Assembly (NCBI GenBank): GCA_964504275.1
Contig: CAZDDV010000001.1
Span: forward strand, 20,982-84,981
Length of the DNA stretch: 64,000 nt
Reading direction: 5' to 3'
Source of the DNA: an uncultured Candidatus Saccharibacteria bacterium
Lineage (GTDB): Bacteria > Patescibacteriota > Saccharimonadia > Saccharimonadales > JAGQNJ01
Shown here: piece after piece, positions 18,272 through 27,378 of the stretch
How the letters are laid out: each line of letters starts with the position of its first letter
Numbering within the stretch: position 1 is the first letter of the stretch
The notes under the pieces: generated by a model
The model's input: the letters and a program-made list of their open reading frames with translations, nothing else
What the model was told of the DNA's origin: nothing
Databases searched by the model: none
Position numbers and translations under genes: made by a program

Positions 18272-18937
18272 ATGCAATTTGATGGAATTTCATTAATAAA
18301 ACGCTATAAAAACCTTCTAATTATTGGAGCGGTCTTGATTGCAGTAGGGCTTATCGCGTCTCAAGCATACAACTATTGGCGCGCGCAAAACTACGCCGTG
18401 CTAATCGTGAACGGATCTCCGGTTGACCTCACAATGCAACTCGGAGACAAGAAGTACAAAAAACCATCCAAAATTTACGTTTCGCCAGGCGAATACACAC
18501 TAGGGTTTTCACGCGATAACTTTTCGTCAACATCCAGAAAAGTAACTCTTGAAAAACAAAAAACCACCACAGTTAACGTTCCGCTATACGCCACCAACGA
18601 AGAAGGGGAGAAATATTTTAAAATCCCTGCTAACCAAACGCAAGCAGAGTTTGTTGGTGGGCTTTGGGAAGACGAAACTTCGACCAAGTTCACTAATGAC
18701 TTCCCGATTGTTCGCTCACTCCCTATTACTAGGCGTGATTTTATTATCGATTATTCATCACGTGGAGAGCTCGAAAATCGTACCATTTATATTCGGATTA
18801 CACATGCTGGTACGCTCGGCAAAAAAAATGCCGAAGACTGGATTCGTCAAAAAGGCTATGATCCAGCGACGTTCGATATTTCGTACATTGATATTTCAAA
18901 AATTCCAATAGGAACCGATGAGGGAAGCGGGCATTAA
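18272..18937 (+). CDS. Hypothetical membrane-anchored protein; last gene of the T4SS-like operon, possible VirB8-like component.
   Basis: N-terminal TM LLIIGAVLIAVGLIASQAY. SD aaggat. Confidence 0.3.
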   Translation: MQFDGISLIKRYKNLLIIGAVLIAVGLIASQAYNYWRAQNYAVLIVNGSPVDLTMQLGDKKYKKPSKIYVSPGEYTLGFSRDNFSSTSRKVTLEKQKTTTVNVPLYATNEEGEKYFKIPANQTQAEFVGGLWEDETSTKFTNDFPIVRSLPITRRDFIIDYSSRGELENRTIYIRITHAGTLGKKNAEDWIRQKGYDPATFDISYIDISKIPIGTDEGSGH

Positions 18938-18944
18938 GCTCCAG

Positions 18945-20000
18945 CTACAACATAATCAGTTTGCTGGTTTGGGCGAAGTTATGGGCGATGACGTCCGCAT
19001 CTGTAGTTGTGATGAACGTTTGATAATTGCGCAAAAATCTGGTTAGACTTTTTCGGCGCACGCCATCAAGCTCGCTAAACACATCGTCAAATAGCAAAAG
19101 TGGCCGCAAGCCGCGGGACTGTTCGAGCATCAGCAGTTCTTGAATCTTTAGGCTGAGCAATATTGTGCGCGTCTCGCCGCGTGAGGCTGCTTGTAGTAAC
19201 GGCCGGTTGTTAATTGTAATCAATAGGTCATCTCGGTGCGGACCATTGCCCGTAAAGCCTCTCTGCAAGTCTTCGCTTATTGTGGCCTCCAATCTTTTTA
19301 GTAGTGAGCTGCCGTACTGGTCCAACTGACATTCGCTTTCGTACGCCAGAGCAATAACATCCTTGCTCCCGGCAATCTCTTGATAATTATTAGTAAACTT
19401 AGCGTTTATTGTTTCGATAATTGCCTGGCGCTTGTTGGCTATCACTGCACCAAATTCGCTGAGACGCAGATTCCAAACAAATAATTGTTGGGCAGCGTCC
19501 TGTGGTTTTTGTTTTAAAAGAGCGTTTCGCTGCGCGAGTACACGTTCGTAATTTCGTTGTTGCTTGGAATACTCCGGGTCAATTTGGCTGAGCAAATCAT
19601 CGATAAACAAACGGCGCTGCGAGGGGGAAGTCGTAATTGATTGCAATTGGTTAGGCTCAAATAACACTATTGGGATTGTTTGCGCAAAGTTCAGGCGTTT
19701 TCGAGTTTGTTCATCAATTTCGAATGTTTTATCAATCTTCTCGCCTTGTTTTTGTAGCTTTACTACCCTGGTTTGATTCTGTTCGTCGGTGCTATCCAAA
19801 CGTGCCCATTCTTGGTCATTTTGCACTAAATCGATGTCGCGTGCTCGATACGAACTGCCGCGGCACAACACCAAAATCGCTTCGAGCAAATTAGTTTTAC
19901 CGCTGGCATTTGGGCCAACTACAATATTCACGCCAGCCTCAAACTCAAACGATTGATCGCCGTACGAACGAAAATTTTTAATTCGTAAGCTCGTAATCAT
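18945..20000 (-). CDS. recF: DNA replication and repair protein RecF.
   Basis: MITSLRIKNFRSYGDQSFEFEAGVNIVVGPNASGKTNLLEAI; Walker A. Confidence 0.9.
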   Translation of the reverse strand: MITSLRIKNFRSYGDQSFEFEAGVNIVVGPNASGKTNLLEAILVLCRGSSYRARDIDLVQNDQEWARLDSTDEQNQTRVVKLQKQGEKIDKTFEIDEQTRKRLNFAQTIPIVLFEPNQLQSITTSPSQRRLFIDDLLSQIDPEYSKQQRNYERVLAQRNALLKQKPQDAAQQLFVWNLRLSEFGAVIANKRQAIIETINAKFTNNYQEIAGSKDVIALAYESECQLDQYGSSLLKRLEATISEDLQRGFTGNGPHRDDLLITINNRPLLQAASRGETRTILLSLKIQELLMLEQSRGLRPLLLFDDVFSELDGVRRKSLTRFLRNYQTFITTTDADVIAHNFAQTSKLIML

Positions 20001-20024
20001 ATATTCATTATCTAGGTTTTGTAC

Positions 20025-21122
20025 CTAACTTTTCAATGGCATGACTATGTGTATATATTCGTCACCGTCTTTGCTGACACTTTTTATTACCACAGGGTCG
20101 AGTTTGCCGTTAAAACAAAACGCCACCATATCGCTTTTAATCGCTTGCAGGCCTTCTAGTAAATAGCGTGAGTTTAGTGTGATGTCGCCGTTACTCGAAA
20201 CAACTGCTTCGGCACTAGCGGTGTTTTCACCAACTTGTGATGCGACCGATCGAATGCTAATTGTTTTCGTTTCGTCGTCAAGATGCACTGTAATACTACC
20301 GGCACTTTCACGAGCAAAAAGACTAGAAACTTTCGTAATATTTATGAGTTCTTCGCGGGAAACCTCAGCAACACAGGTAAAGTTTGATGGAATTAATTTT
20401 TGATAATCCGGGTATTTTCCTTCGATCAAACGCGCAACTAGTTCGGTTGGTCCAACCTTAAATAACACCTGTTGTTCGTCGTGAGTTATATCTACCGTTT
20501 CAATGTCGTCAGAAATAATTCGCAGTAAATCTTGCATCGCACTATTTGGTACGAGCACATTAATTTCTTCTGAAACGCCGTCAACTATTTTTTGTGCTAA
20601 TCGGTAACTGTCGGTTGCTGCAATATATAATTTCCCGTCATTTGAGTGCATAAATACTCCAGTGAGCACCGGGCGAGCTTCGTCGTTTGATGCCGCAAAC
20701 ACTACTTGCTGTAACGCTTTTTTAAGTTCTTGGGCGGGGACTTTCCATGATGTACCATCAGTAATAATTGGCATTACAGGGAATTCTTCGCTTGAAACTC
20801 CGTTAATTGTTGAGTCGTAATTACCAGCTTTTATATGTAATTTATGTTCCTCTTGTTTAATCGCGATTGTACCTTTTGGTAAACTCGACACAAAATCTTG
20901 CATGAGCCGGGCTGGAATCGTGAGCGTTCCTTCGCTTGCTACCTTGGCGCCAATCACTTGAGTAATCGCAATATCCAAATTTGTTGCTGAGATAGAAAGA
21001 CGATTATCTTCGATCTTTAAAAGCACATTACTTAAAATTGGTAGTGTACTTCGCCCGCCAGCAACTCGTGCAACGATTGCTAATGCTTTGTTTAAATTTT
21101 CCTGAGTAACTTGTAAATCCAT
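20025..21122 (-). CDS. dnaN: DNA polymerase III beta sliding clamp.
   Basis: Typical N-terminus MDLQVTQENLNKAL...TLPILSNVLL; about 365 aa; synteny with dnaA and recF. Confidence 0.9.
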   Translation of the reverse strand: MDLQVTQENLNKALAIVARVAGGRSTLPILSNVLLKIEDNRLSISATNLDIAITQVIGAKVASEGTLTIPARLMQDFVSSLPKGTIAIKQEEHKLHIKAGNYDSTINGVSSEEFPVMPIITDGTSWKVPAQELKKALQQVVFAASNDEARPVLTGVFMHSNDGKLYIAATDSYRLAQKIVDGVSEEINVLVPNSAMQDLLRIISDDIETVDITHDEQQVLFKVGPTELVARLIEGKYPDYQKLIPSNFTCVAEVSREELINITKVSSLFARESAGSITVHLDDETKTISIRSVASQVGENTASAEAVVSSNGDITLNSRYLLEGLQAIKSDMVAFCFNGKLDPVVIKSVSKDGDEYIHIVMPLKS

Positions 21123-21395
21123 TACGAGAGCTCCTTATATGTATTTAATATAGTTTTAATAGTAGGCATTGTGGATAATGGGTATAACCATGAATTAACA
21201 GAGAGAATTTGAAAGAAATTGCCTGTTGATTGGTTGTGGAAACAACTCCCATAACGTTTGTATAAGTTAAATCTTGGAAGTCTAAAAATAGTAGAGTTGT
21301 GGATGGTCTTGTATAACTCGACGAGTTGTACAAGACTTGTGCGCAGGTTATGCATGGCTAATCCACAACACCAATCCATAAAATCAGAAAAAACA
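21123..21395. promoter_or_regulatory. oriC half: DnaA-box cluster plus AT-rich DUE candidate between dnaA and dnaN.
   Basis: Perfect TGTGGATAA at 21169-21177. Near-boxes TAATCCACA (21358-21366), TGTGGATGG (21289-21297), TGTGGAAAC (21234-21242). AT-rich 21135-21165. Confidence 0.6.
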
Positions 21396-22763
21396 CTAGA
21401 CATACAAACGTTCCTTAATATGACCTATTGCGGTTTTAATGCTTGGATCAGCAGCAGATTCGCGCTCAATTTTTTCGACAGAATGAATGGCGGTAGTGTG
21501 ATCTTTGCGTCCAAGCTCACGAGCAATTTTCGGGAAACTTAAATGGAGTTCGCTCCGAAGCATATACATTGCGACTTGGCGCGGCACGACAATATCTTTG
21601 TCGCGCTTTGGACCCAAAATATCATCGGTAGAAATTTGAAAATACTTGGCGGTTCGTTCAATAACTTGGCGCGCACTGATGTGTTTTGGGCGAATACGAC
21701 TGGCGCCCAGAACGCTTTTGGCCATCGCAAGATCAGGGGTTATGTTGCGCATTTCACACATTGCAATTAACTGGTTGAGCGCGCCTTCAAGCTCGCGAAT
21801 GTTGGTTCGCACGTTCGTCGCAAGATGTTCTACGACGGGCGGAGTGAGTTCAAACCCGGCTGCCCCGGCTTTGGTTTGCACGATCGCACAACGCGTCTCA
21901 AAATCTGGAATCTGCATGTCTATATTCATGCCCCACGCAAACCGTGATTTTAATCGTTCCTCGAGTGTTGGAATATCTTTTGGCGGTTTATCACTACTGA
22001 TAATAATTTGCTTGTTGGCTTGGTGGAGCGCGTTAAAAGTGTGAAAAAATTCTTCCTGAGTTTTTTCTTTACCGGCAATAAATTGAATGTCATCAATAAT
22101 GAGCACGTCTGCAGATCTATAATATCCGGCAAAATCGGTATTTTTTTTGAATCGAATCGCATCTAAAAATTCTTGCACAAACTGCTCGGTCGAAATATAC
22201 ACCACGTGCGCTTTTGGATTCTGGGCAATAACTTCGTTGCCAACCGCTTGGATCAAATGCGTTTTTCCAATTCCAACGCCACCATATAAAAACAAAGGAT
22301 TGTATTTTTTGCCCGGCATGGCCGCAATCGCCTGGCAAGCAGCGTAGGCAAGTTCGTTGCCTGAGCCAACAATAAAGCTTTCAAAGGTGTATTTGTCGTT
22401 TAAGCCCTTGCGGTAGCTGTGGCTGAGGCTACTTTTTGTGACCGAGCTGGCTGTTTTGGTCTGTCCTTTTGGCCTGTCGATAACAACAGCAATTTCTTCA
22501 ACAATTTTTTTATGAGCGCTCCCGGAGTGGATTTTATAATCGATACGTTTTGGGGTGAACCCGTTGTGCTCCAATGCATCTGAGACTAGTTGATTAAACT
22601 TGCGCTCCAATTGCTGCTTAATAAATATATTTGGCACACCGATTGTCAAAACATTGTTTTCAAACCGAACCATACGGGTATTTTTAAACCACGTTACAAA
22701 GCTGGCCCGCGAAACCGACACTTCGATTTCTCCTAGAACTGCCTGCCATACGTGATCTTGCAT
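21396..22763 (-). CDS. dnaA: Chromosomal replication initiator DnaA.
   Basis: AAA+ Walker A GVGIGKTHL and a C-terminal DnaA-box-binding domain. ATG 22763 with SD GAGGGG, preferred over the extended ORF-track start. Confidence 0.9.
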   Translation of the reverse strand: MQDHVWQAVLGEIEVSVSRASFVTWFKNTRMVRFENNVLTIGVPNIFIKQQLERKFNQLVSDALEHNGFTPKRIDYKIHSGSAHKKIVEEIAVVIDRPKGQTKTASSVTKSSLSHSYRKGLNDKYTFESFIVGSGNELAYAACQAIAAMPGKKYNPLFLYGGVGIGKTHLIQAVGNEVIAQNPKAHVVYISTEQFVQEFLDAIRFKKNTDFAGYYRSADVLIIDDIQFIAGKEKTQEEFFHTFNALHQANKQIIISSDKPPKDIPTLEERLKSRFAWGMNIDMQIPDFETRCAIVQTKAGAAGFELTPPVVEHLATNVRTNIRELEGALNQLIAMCEMRNITPDLAMAKSVLGASRIRPKHISARQVIERTAKYFQISTDDILGPKRDKDIVVPRQVAMYMLRSELHLSFPKIARELGRKDHTTAIHSVEKIERESAADPSIKTAIGHIKERLYV

Positions 22764-22793
22764 AACCCCTCGTCTTATCTGTTTTCCACCCAT

Positions 22794-23093
22794 TTCGTAG
22801 TGCTAACTATACGCGCCTCGGCTCGACTTTTCCACATGTTGGTAAAAATTACGCCAATCTATATAAAAAATCCGCGAACAGATTGAAAGTTATACACACC
22901 ACACGCTAACACCTTAGGAAGTGTGGACAAAAATGCTGTTTTGGTGGATAAGTCGCTTCATGTGGTGGGGTAAATATTGTAAATACTACGTCTCAAGCAA
23001 CGATACGCAAAAATTGGTTCCTAATGCTAGGACTTGCAATAACAGTGGTTTTCTGGTAGTTTTTATAGGTTAACTTAATTCTTTTATACACAT
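22794..23093. promoter_or_regulatory. oriC half / dnaA promoter region with DnaA boxes.
   Basis: TTTTCCACA (22828-22836), TGTGGACAA (22923-22931), GGTGGATAA (22943-22951). AT-rich tract at about 22858-22875. Confidence 0.55.
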
Positions 23094-23231
23094 ATGCCTA
23101 AACGAACATACCAACCAAAGAAACGCCACCGCGCTCGACAGCACGGATTTTTTAAGCGCATGGCTACCAAAGCCGGACAACGCGTTCTGAGAGCTCGTCG
23201 ACTTAAGGGTCGCAAGCAATTGACCCAATAA
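23094..23231 (+). CDS. rpmH: 50S ribosomal protein L34.
   Basis: Translation reads [45 protein letters not shown], the classic L34 sequence. Found by manual reading because it is under 60 aa. Confidence 0.9.
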   Translation: MPKRTYQPKKRHRARQHGFFKRMATKAGQRVLRARRLKGRKQLTQ

Positions 23232-23311
23232 GACTTATTAAAGCAACATTTGTTCCATACTTTTATTTGAAAGTATCATCATATTGACGCAGATCGTACT
23301 ATGCTAGAAGT

Positions 23312-23656
23312 ATGCTAATTGCTACTCACCGATTTCACGGACTTGGCAGCCTTAATTTTGTAATGAAGTCTGGCAAAACGGTTCGCGATAAAAACCTTGC
23401 CCTCAGGTACTGCATTAATACGCGTCGTAAGACATATCGATTAGCCGTTGTGGTGAGCAAAAAAGTTCACAAATCAGCCGTGGTTCGTAACCGAATCCGT
23501 CGTCGCATGTTTGAGCATTTTCGCCAAGCAAATTTTGCGATTGCAGAGCCGTACGACTTGGTAATCACGGTATATAGCGATGAACTACTAGAAACAAACA
23601 CCAAACACATAACAGAAATCTTGCAAAACTTGCTCAGCCAAACCCGAATTATATAA
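23312..23656 (+). CDS. rnpA: Ribonuclease P protein component.
   Basis: Basic 114-aa protein containing the RNR motif (RNRIRRRM). Synteny rpmH-rnpA-yidC-jag. Confidence 0.85.
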   Translation: MLIATHRFHGLGSLNFVMKSGKTVRDKNLALRYCINTRRKTYRLAVVVSKKVHKSAVVRNRIRRRMFEHFRQANFAIAEPYDLVITVYSDELLETNTKHITEILQNLLSQTRII

Positions 23657-23747
23657 ATGTAATCACTTAGTCGTTACGGTGCAGTCGTCAGCGTGGTATC
23701 ATACATATACAATATATCCGCTTTGAATGCACGTGAGGAGTTCGCCG

Positions 23748-24677
23748 ATGTTTACAACGTTTATCGTTCAGCCAATTTTTAACCTTTTAGTCGCGATTTA
23801 TGCACTACTGCCTGGCCATGATTTTGGCCTGAGTATTATTTTATTCACGATTTTGGTTCGGTTACTGATGTGGCCGCTTATCAAAAAACAACTGCACCAT
23901 GCTAAGGCAATGCGCGATTTGCAGCCAGAGCTCAAACGCATCAAACAAGCAACCAAAGGCGATCGCCAAAAAGAATCCCTCATGGTAATGGAGCTGTACA
24001 AAGAGCGACAAATCAATCCGTTTGCCTCAATTGGGTTGCTGATTGTGCAAATTCCAATTTTGATTGCACTGTATAGCGGACTGACCAAACTGATTAATGA
24101 CCCGCAGTCGATTGTAAATTTTAGCTATCCATTTATTCAAAACCTCAGCTGGATTCAAAACCTTGCTGGAAACATCGGTGATTTTCACGCTTCACTGTTT
24201 GGGCTCGTCGATCTTAAAAAAGCCGCATTCCCAAGTGGCGGTCCAATCTATTGGCCGGCGATGATGCTGGTTATCGCGAGCGCTTTTTCGCAGTACTATC
24301 AAAGCAAACAGTTATTGCCGGATTCAAAAGATCAAAAAGGCCTGCGCCAAATTTTAAAAGACGCTGGTTCTGGCAAACAAGCCGATAACTCTGACGTCAA
24401 CGCAGCAGTTGGCCGTAATATGCGATTTTTTGTACCAGTCATGGTATTCATTTTTACTATTGGCTTGCCTTCGGCGTTGCCATTGTACTGGCTAGTAACT
24501 GGCGTTGTTGCGATCATTCAACAAGGTCGCGTGCTTAATACAAACGAAGACGAGTTAGAAAAAATTGCCGAAGATAAAACCACTGGTAAAGTTATCGAAG
24601 GCGAAGTGATTCCTCCAAAAAACAAAAACAATAAAAAATCGAAAGGCAGTAAGTCTAGTAAAAAAAGGAGGAAGTAA
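23748..24677 (+). CDS. yidC: Membrane protein insertase YidC (short Gram-positive-type form).
   Basis: Start at ATG 23748 with SD gaggag (ORF track extends to 23727). Multiple TM helices and a basic C-terminal tail KKSKGSKSSKKRRK. Confidence 0.8.
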   Translation: MFTTFIVQPIFNLLVAIYALLPGHDFGLSIILFTILVRLLMWPLIKKQLHHAKAMRDLQPELKRIKQATKGDRQKESLMVMELYKERQINPFASIGLLIVQIPILIALYSGLTKLINDPQSIVNFSYPFIQNLSWIQNLAGNIGDFHASLFGLVDLKKAAFPSGGPIYWPAMMLVIASAFSQYYQSKQLLPDSKDQKGLRQILKDAGSGKQADNSDVNAAVGRNMRFFVPVMVFIFTIGLPSALPLYWLVTGVVAIIQQGRVLNTNEDELEKIAEDKTTGKVIEGEVIPPKNKNNKKSKGSKSSKKRRK

Positions 24678-25276
24678 TGAGCGAACCACAAGCAGCCCAT
24701 GATCAGAATGACAAGCAGGACATTGAACACTCCATACAATACGCCAAAAAATTTCTTGAAGATGTTTTGTCTTTTTTTGGGCTAAACAGCGACATTTACG
24801 CGACGGCGAACGAGGATAATGTGGTTGAGCTACATGTTCCATCCACGCATCTAAACGGATTTTTGATCGGCCAACACGGTGACACGATTCGATCATTGCA
24901 GTTTATGGTTAGCACGGCACTCCGCAATAATAATTACGAATACAGTCGTGTGCACGTTGACATTGCCGACTACAAAAAACAACGGGCCGAGCGTTTGGCG
25001 GAAAAAGCGCTAGAATGGGTCGCGTCAGTAAAAGAATCGAACGAGGCTCGCGAACTACGACCGATGAATTCTGCCGATCGTCGCGTTGTGCACAAAGTAG
25101 CGACCGAAAACGGGCTAGAAACCGAATCAATTGGCGAAGGCCGCGAGCGACGTGTTGTGCTTAAACCCTTAGGCGGTTCTGACTCCAAAGAATCTGCAAA
25201 TACTAATGACGAAGCCACGGAGAGTGCTATAGACGAAACCAAAGAAGAAGCCAAAACAGGCGAGTCTGAAGAATAG
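24677..25276 (+). CDS. jag: Jag/KhpB-like RNA-binding protein (KH + R3H).
   Basis: SD aggagg. TAATG overlap with yidC. R3H-like region near DRRVVHKVATENG. Confidence 0.75.
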   Translation: MSEPQAAHDQNDKQDIEHSIQYAKKFLEDVLSFFGLNSDIYATANEDNVVELHVPSTHLNGFLIGQHGDTIRSLQFMVSTALRNNNYEYSRVHVDIADYKKQRAERLAEKALEWVASVKESNEARELRPMNSADRRVVHKVATENGLETESIGEGRERRVVLKPLGGSDSKESANTNDEATESAIDETKEEAKTGESEE

Positions 25277-25286
25277 TCTAGTTTGG

Positions 25287-26393
25287 CTATTCGCCCAAAG
25301 CTTTTTTATACACGGCCAATGTTTGTTCGGCCATCCGTTGCCACGAATACGTTTTGGCGAGCGCGTAGCCCCTTGCCTGCAACCGCTCTGCTAGATTTTT
25401 GTCGCTCAAAATCTCGTCAATTGCTGTAGAGATAGCTTGCGAATCATTCGGGTCAAAATAATGAACGGCATTTTTATACACCTCGGGTAAGCAAGATGCA
25501 TTGCTGGAAGCGACGGCACTTTTGCCGTTTATCATAGCTTCGAGCGCCGGCAGGCCAAACCCTTCACTCAGACTCGGAAACACGTACACGCGGGTATGCT
25601 GGTATAGCCACAGTTTTTGGCCTTCGCTAACCCATCCGGCGAAAACAATGTTTTTTATATTTGAGCGCTTTGCGTACGCTTCAAGTTTGTCGTACGCTTT
25701 GTCTTTTTTGCCAACCAAAACCAGTACGAGTTTTGGTTGTTTTTTTTGTAACAATGCGAACGCGTCAATCAGTCGTTTTAAATTCTTGTGTGGTTGCGGC
25801 CGGCCAACAAACAAAATGAAATCTTTACTCACTACTTTTTCTAACGGTTCTGGTTCGGCGGCAATTTTATCGGCAGACTCGTATGTTACGGTAATTTTGC
25901 TGCTATTTATTCGCGCAAATCGCGCCACGTCGTCTTTTACAAATTCCGTCGGTGTAATAATTGCCGCCGATTTTTTTGCAATATATTTTGCGCCCCATTT
26001 GTATAGTTGTTGTTTAATTTTAAATACCAACCAGTTTTTAGCCGGATTAGTATAACGAATTGTAATAAGATCGTGCATGGTTGTAACGACGTTGCCGCGG
26101 AACAAAATCGGTTGTTGTGTCATGCCAAAATGAACAAGATCAGGGCTGAGTTTTTGTAGTTGCCTTTTGAGGCCAAGCTGCTCACCAAGACTAAACTCTT
26201 TGAACCGTGTTGCATGAACGTCAAAATTTGGTGCAATTTCTTTCATGAACGCCACACGTTTTTTATTGGTTAAAATTGTAAAACGCACCGAGGTTGGAAT
26301 CTCGTGCAGATACTTAACTAAGTTATCAACGTACGTTCCGGTACTGCTACCCGACTCTCGCGCATCAATGACGATGTGTTGTTTATTTTTCAT
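25287..26393 (-). CDS. Glycosyltransferase family 4 (GT-B, retaining).
   Basis: SLSEGFGLPALEAMINGKSAVAS (E-x7-E). Start ATG 26393 (MKNKQHIV). Confidence 0.7.
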   Translation of the reverse strand: MKNKQHIVIDARESGSSTGTYVDNLVKYLHEIPTSVRFTILTNKKRVAFMKEIAPNFDVHATRFKEFSLGEQLGLKRQLQKLSPDLVHFGMTQQPILFRGNVVTTMHDLITIRYTNPAKNWLVFKIKQQLYKWGAKYIAKKSAAIITPTEFVKDDVARFARINSSKITVTYESADKIAAEPEPLEKVVSKDFILFVGRPQPHKNLKRLIDAFALLQKKQPKLVLVLVGKKDKAYDKLEAYAKRSNIKNIVFAGWVSEGQKLWLYQHTRVYVFPSLSEGFGLPALEAMINGKSAVASSNASCLPEVYKNAVHYFDPNDSQAISTAIDEILSDKNLAERLQARGYALAKTYSWQRMAEQTLAVYKKALGE

Positions 26394-27337
26394 TTTTGTT
26401 CCATGGCATTCAAAATTTCTTTGCTGGAAACAGTTCGTGTGCGCTGAATTTTCGATCGCTTTTTTAGTGTTGCAGGAACATGTATCAGTGCCCAAAAAAA
26501 TGCTTTTACGAATGCGCCAAATTGGTGATCGCGCAGACTGCCAAGTTTCATGCGCACGAGCTGCCATAAAAATATTGGCTTGCGCGCCCAAAATAAATGC
26601 CCAGGCATGTTTTTGTTATACAACATAATATAGTTTTTAACGCTGTGATAGCGTGTAAAACTGCCCATTTTACTGCTGGTGTGTCCAACGCGGTGGAATG
26701 CGATTGCCGCGGGTTCGTACCAAACTTTTAGCCCCAACAGTTGTGCGCGGAAACACAAATCAACATCCTCATAGTAAGCAAAAAAATCTTCATCAAAGTA
26801 ACCAATTTTTTTAAACAAACTGCTGCGATACAAACTGGCGCCACCGCTGGCCGCAAATACATAGCCAGGGGTTTCGTACTGGCCGCGGTCTAATTCGTCG
26901 CGTCCACGTGGATAAGGCATCCCAGATTTTCCTATGAATTCACCGGTGCTATCGATATGTTTGTGGTCGTCCCGAAGTAGTTTTCCACTAAACACCACAC
27001 ATTCAGGCTTTTTAATCGCCGCTTCGTGCAATGATTGTAGCCATTCTGGATCTGCAGCCGCGTCGTTATTAAACAGGGCAATAAATTCAAAACCATCTTT
27101 TATGGCTTTTTTGATACCTACATTAATCCCACCCGCAAACCCACGGTTAGTTTTGAGCCGAATAATTTCTACGTCCGTAAATCGCTCGGCAACCATGTCG
27201 CTTGATCCATCGTCTGATCCGTTGTCCACTACAATAATGTGAGCCGAGAGTGTTTGGTCTTGCAGCGATCGCAAGCACTGAACCAGCAAGTCCTTGCCGT
27301 TCCAATTTGGGATGATGATTGCAGTAGTATTTTTCAT
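26390..27337 (-). CDS. Glycosyltransferase family 2.
   Basis: AIIIPNWNGKDLL...VVDNGSDDGS...D-x-D. Confidence 0.75.
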   Translation of the reverse strand: MKNTTAIIIPNWNGKDLLVQCLRSLQDQTLSAHIIVVDNGSDDGSSDMVAERFTDVEIIRLKTNRGFAGGINVGIKKAIKDGFEFIALFNNDAAADPEWLQSLHEAAIKKPECVVFSGKLLRDDHKHIDSTGEFIGKSGMPYPRGRDELDRGQYETPGYVFAASGGASLYRSSLFKKIGYFDEDFFAYYEDVDLCFRAQLLGLKVWYEPAAIAFHRVGHTSSKMGSFTRYHSVKNYIMLYNKNMPGHLFWARKPIFLWQLVRMKLGSLRDHQFGAFVKAFFWALIHVPATLKKRSKIQRTRTVSSKEILNAMEQK

Positions 27338-27378
27338 AAACTAACTAGTACATTTTATACCAACATGGCCAATAAACA

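Noticed and set aside
22764-22793. Extended dnaA start at 22793.
   Set aside because: The internal ATG at 22763 has a GAGGGG SD and gives the conserved DnaA N-terminus.
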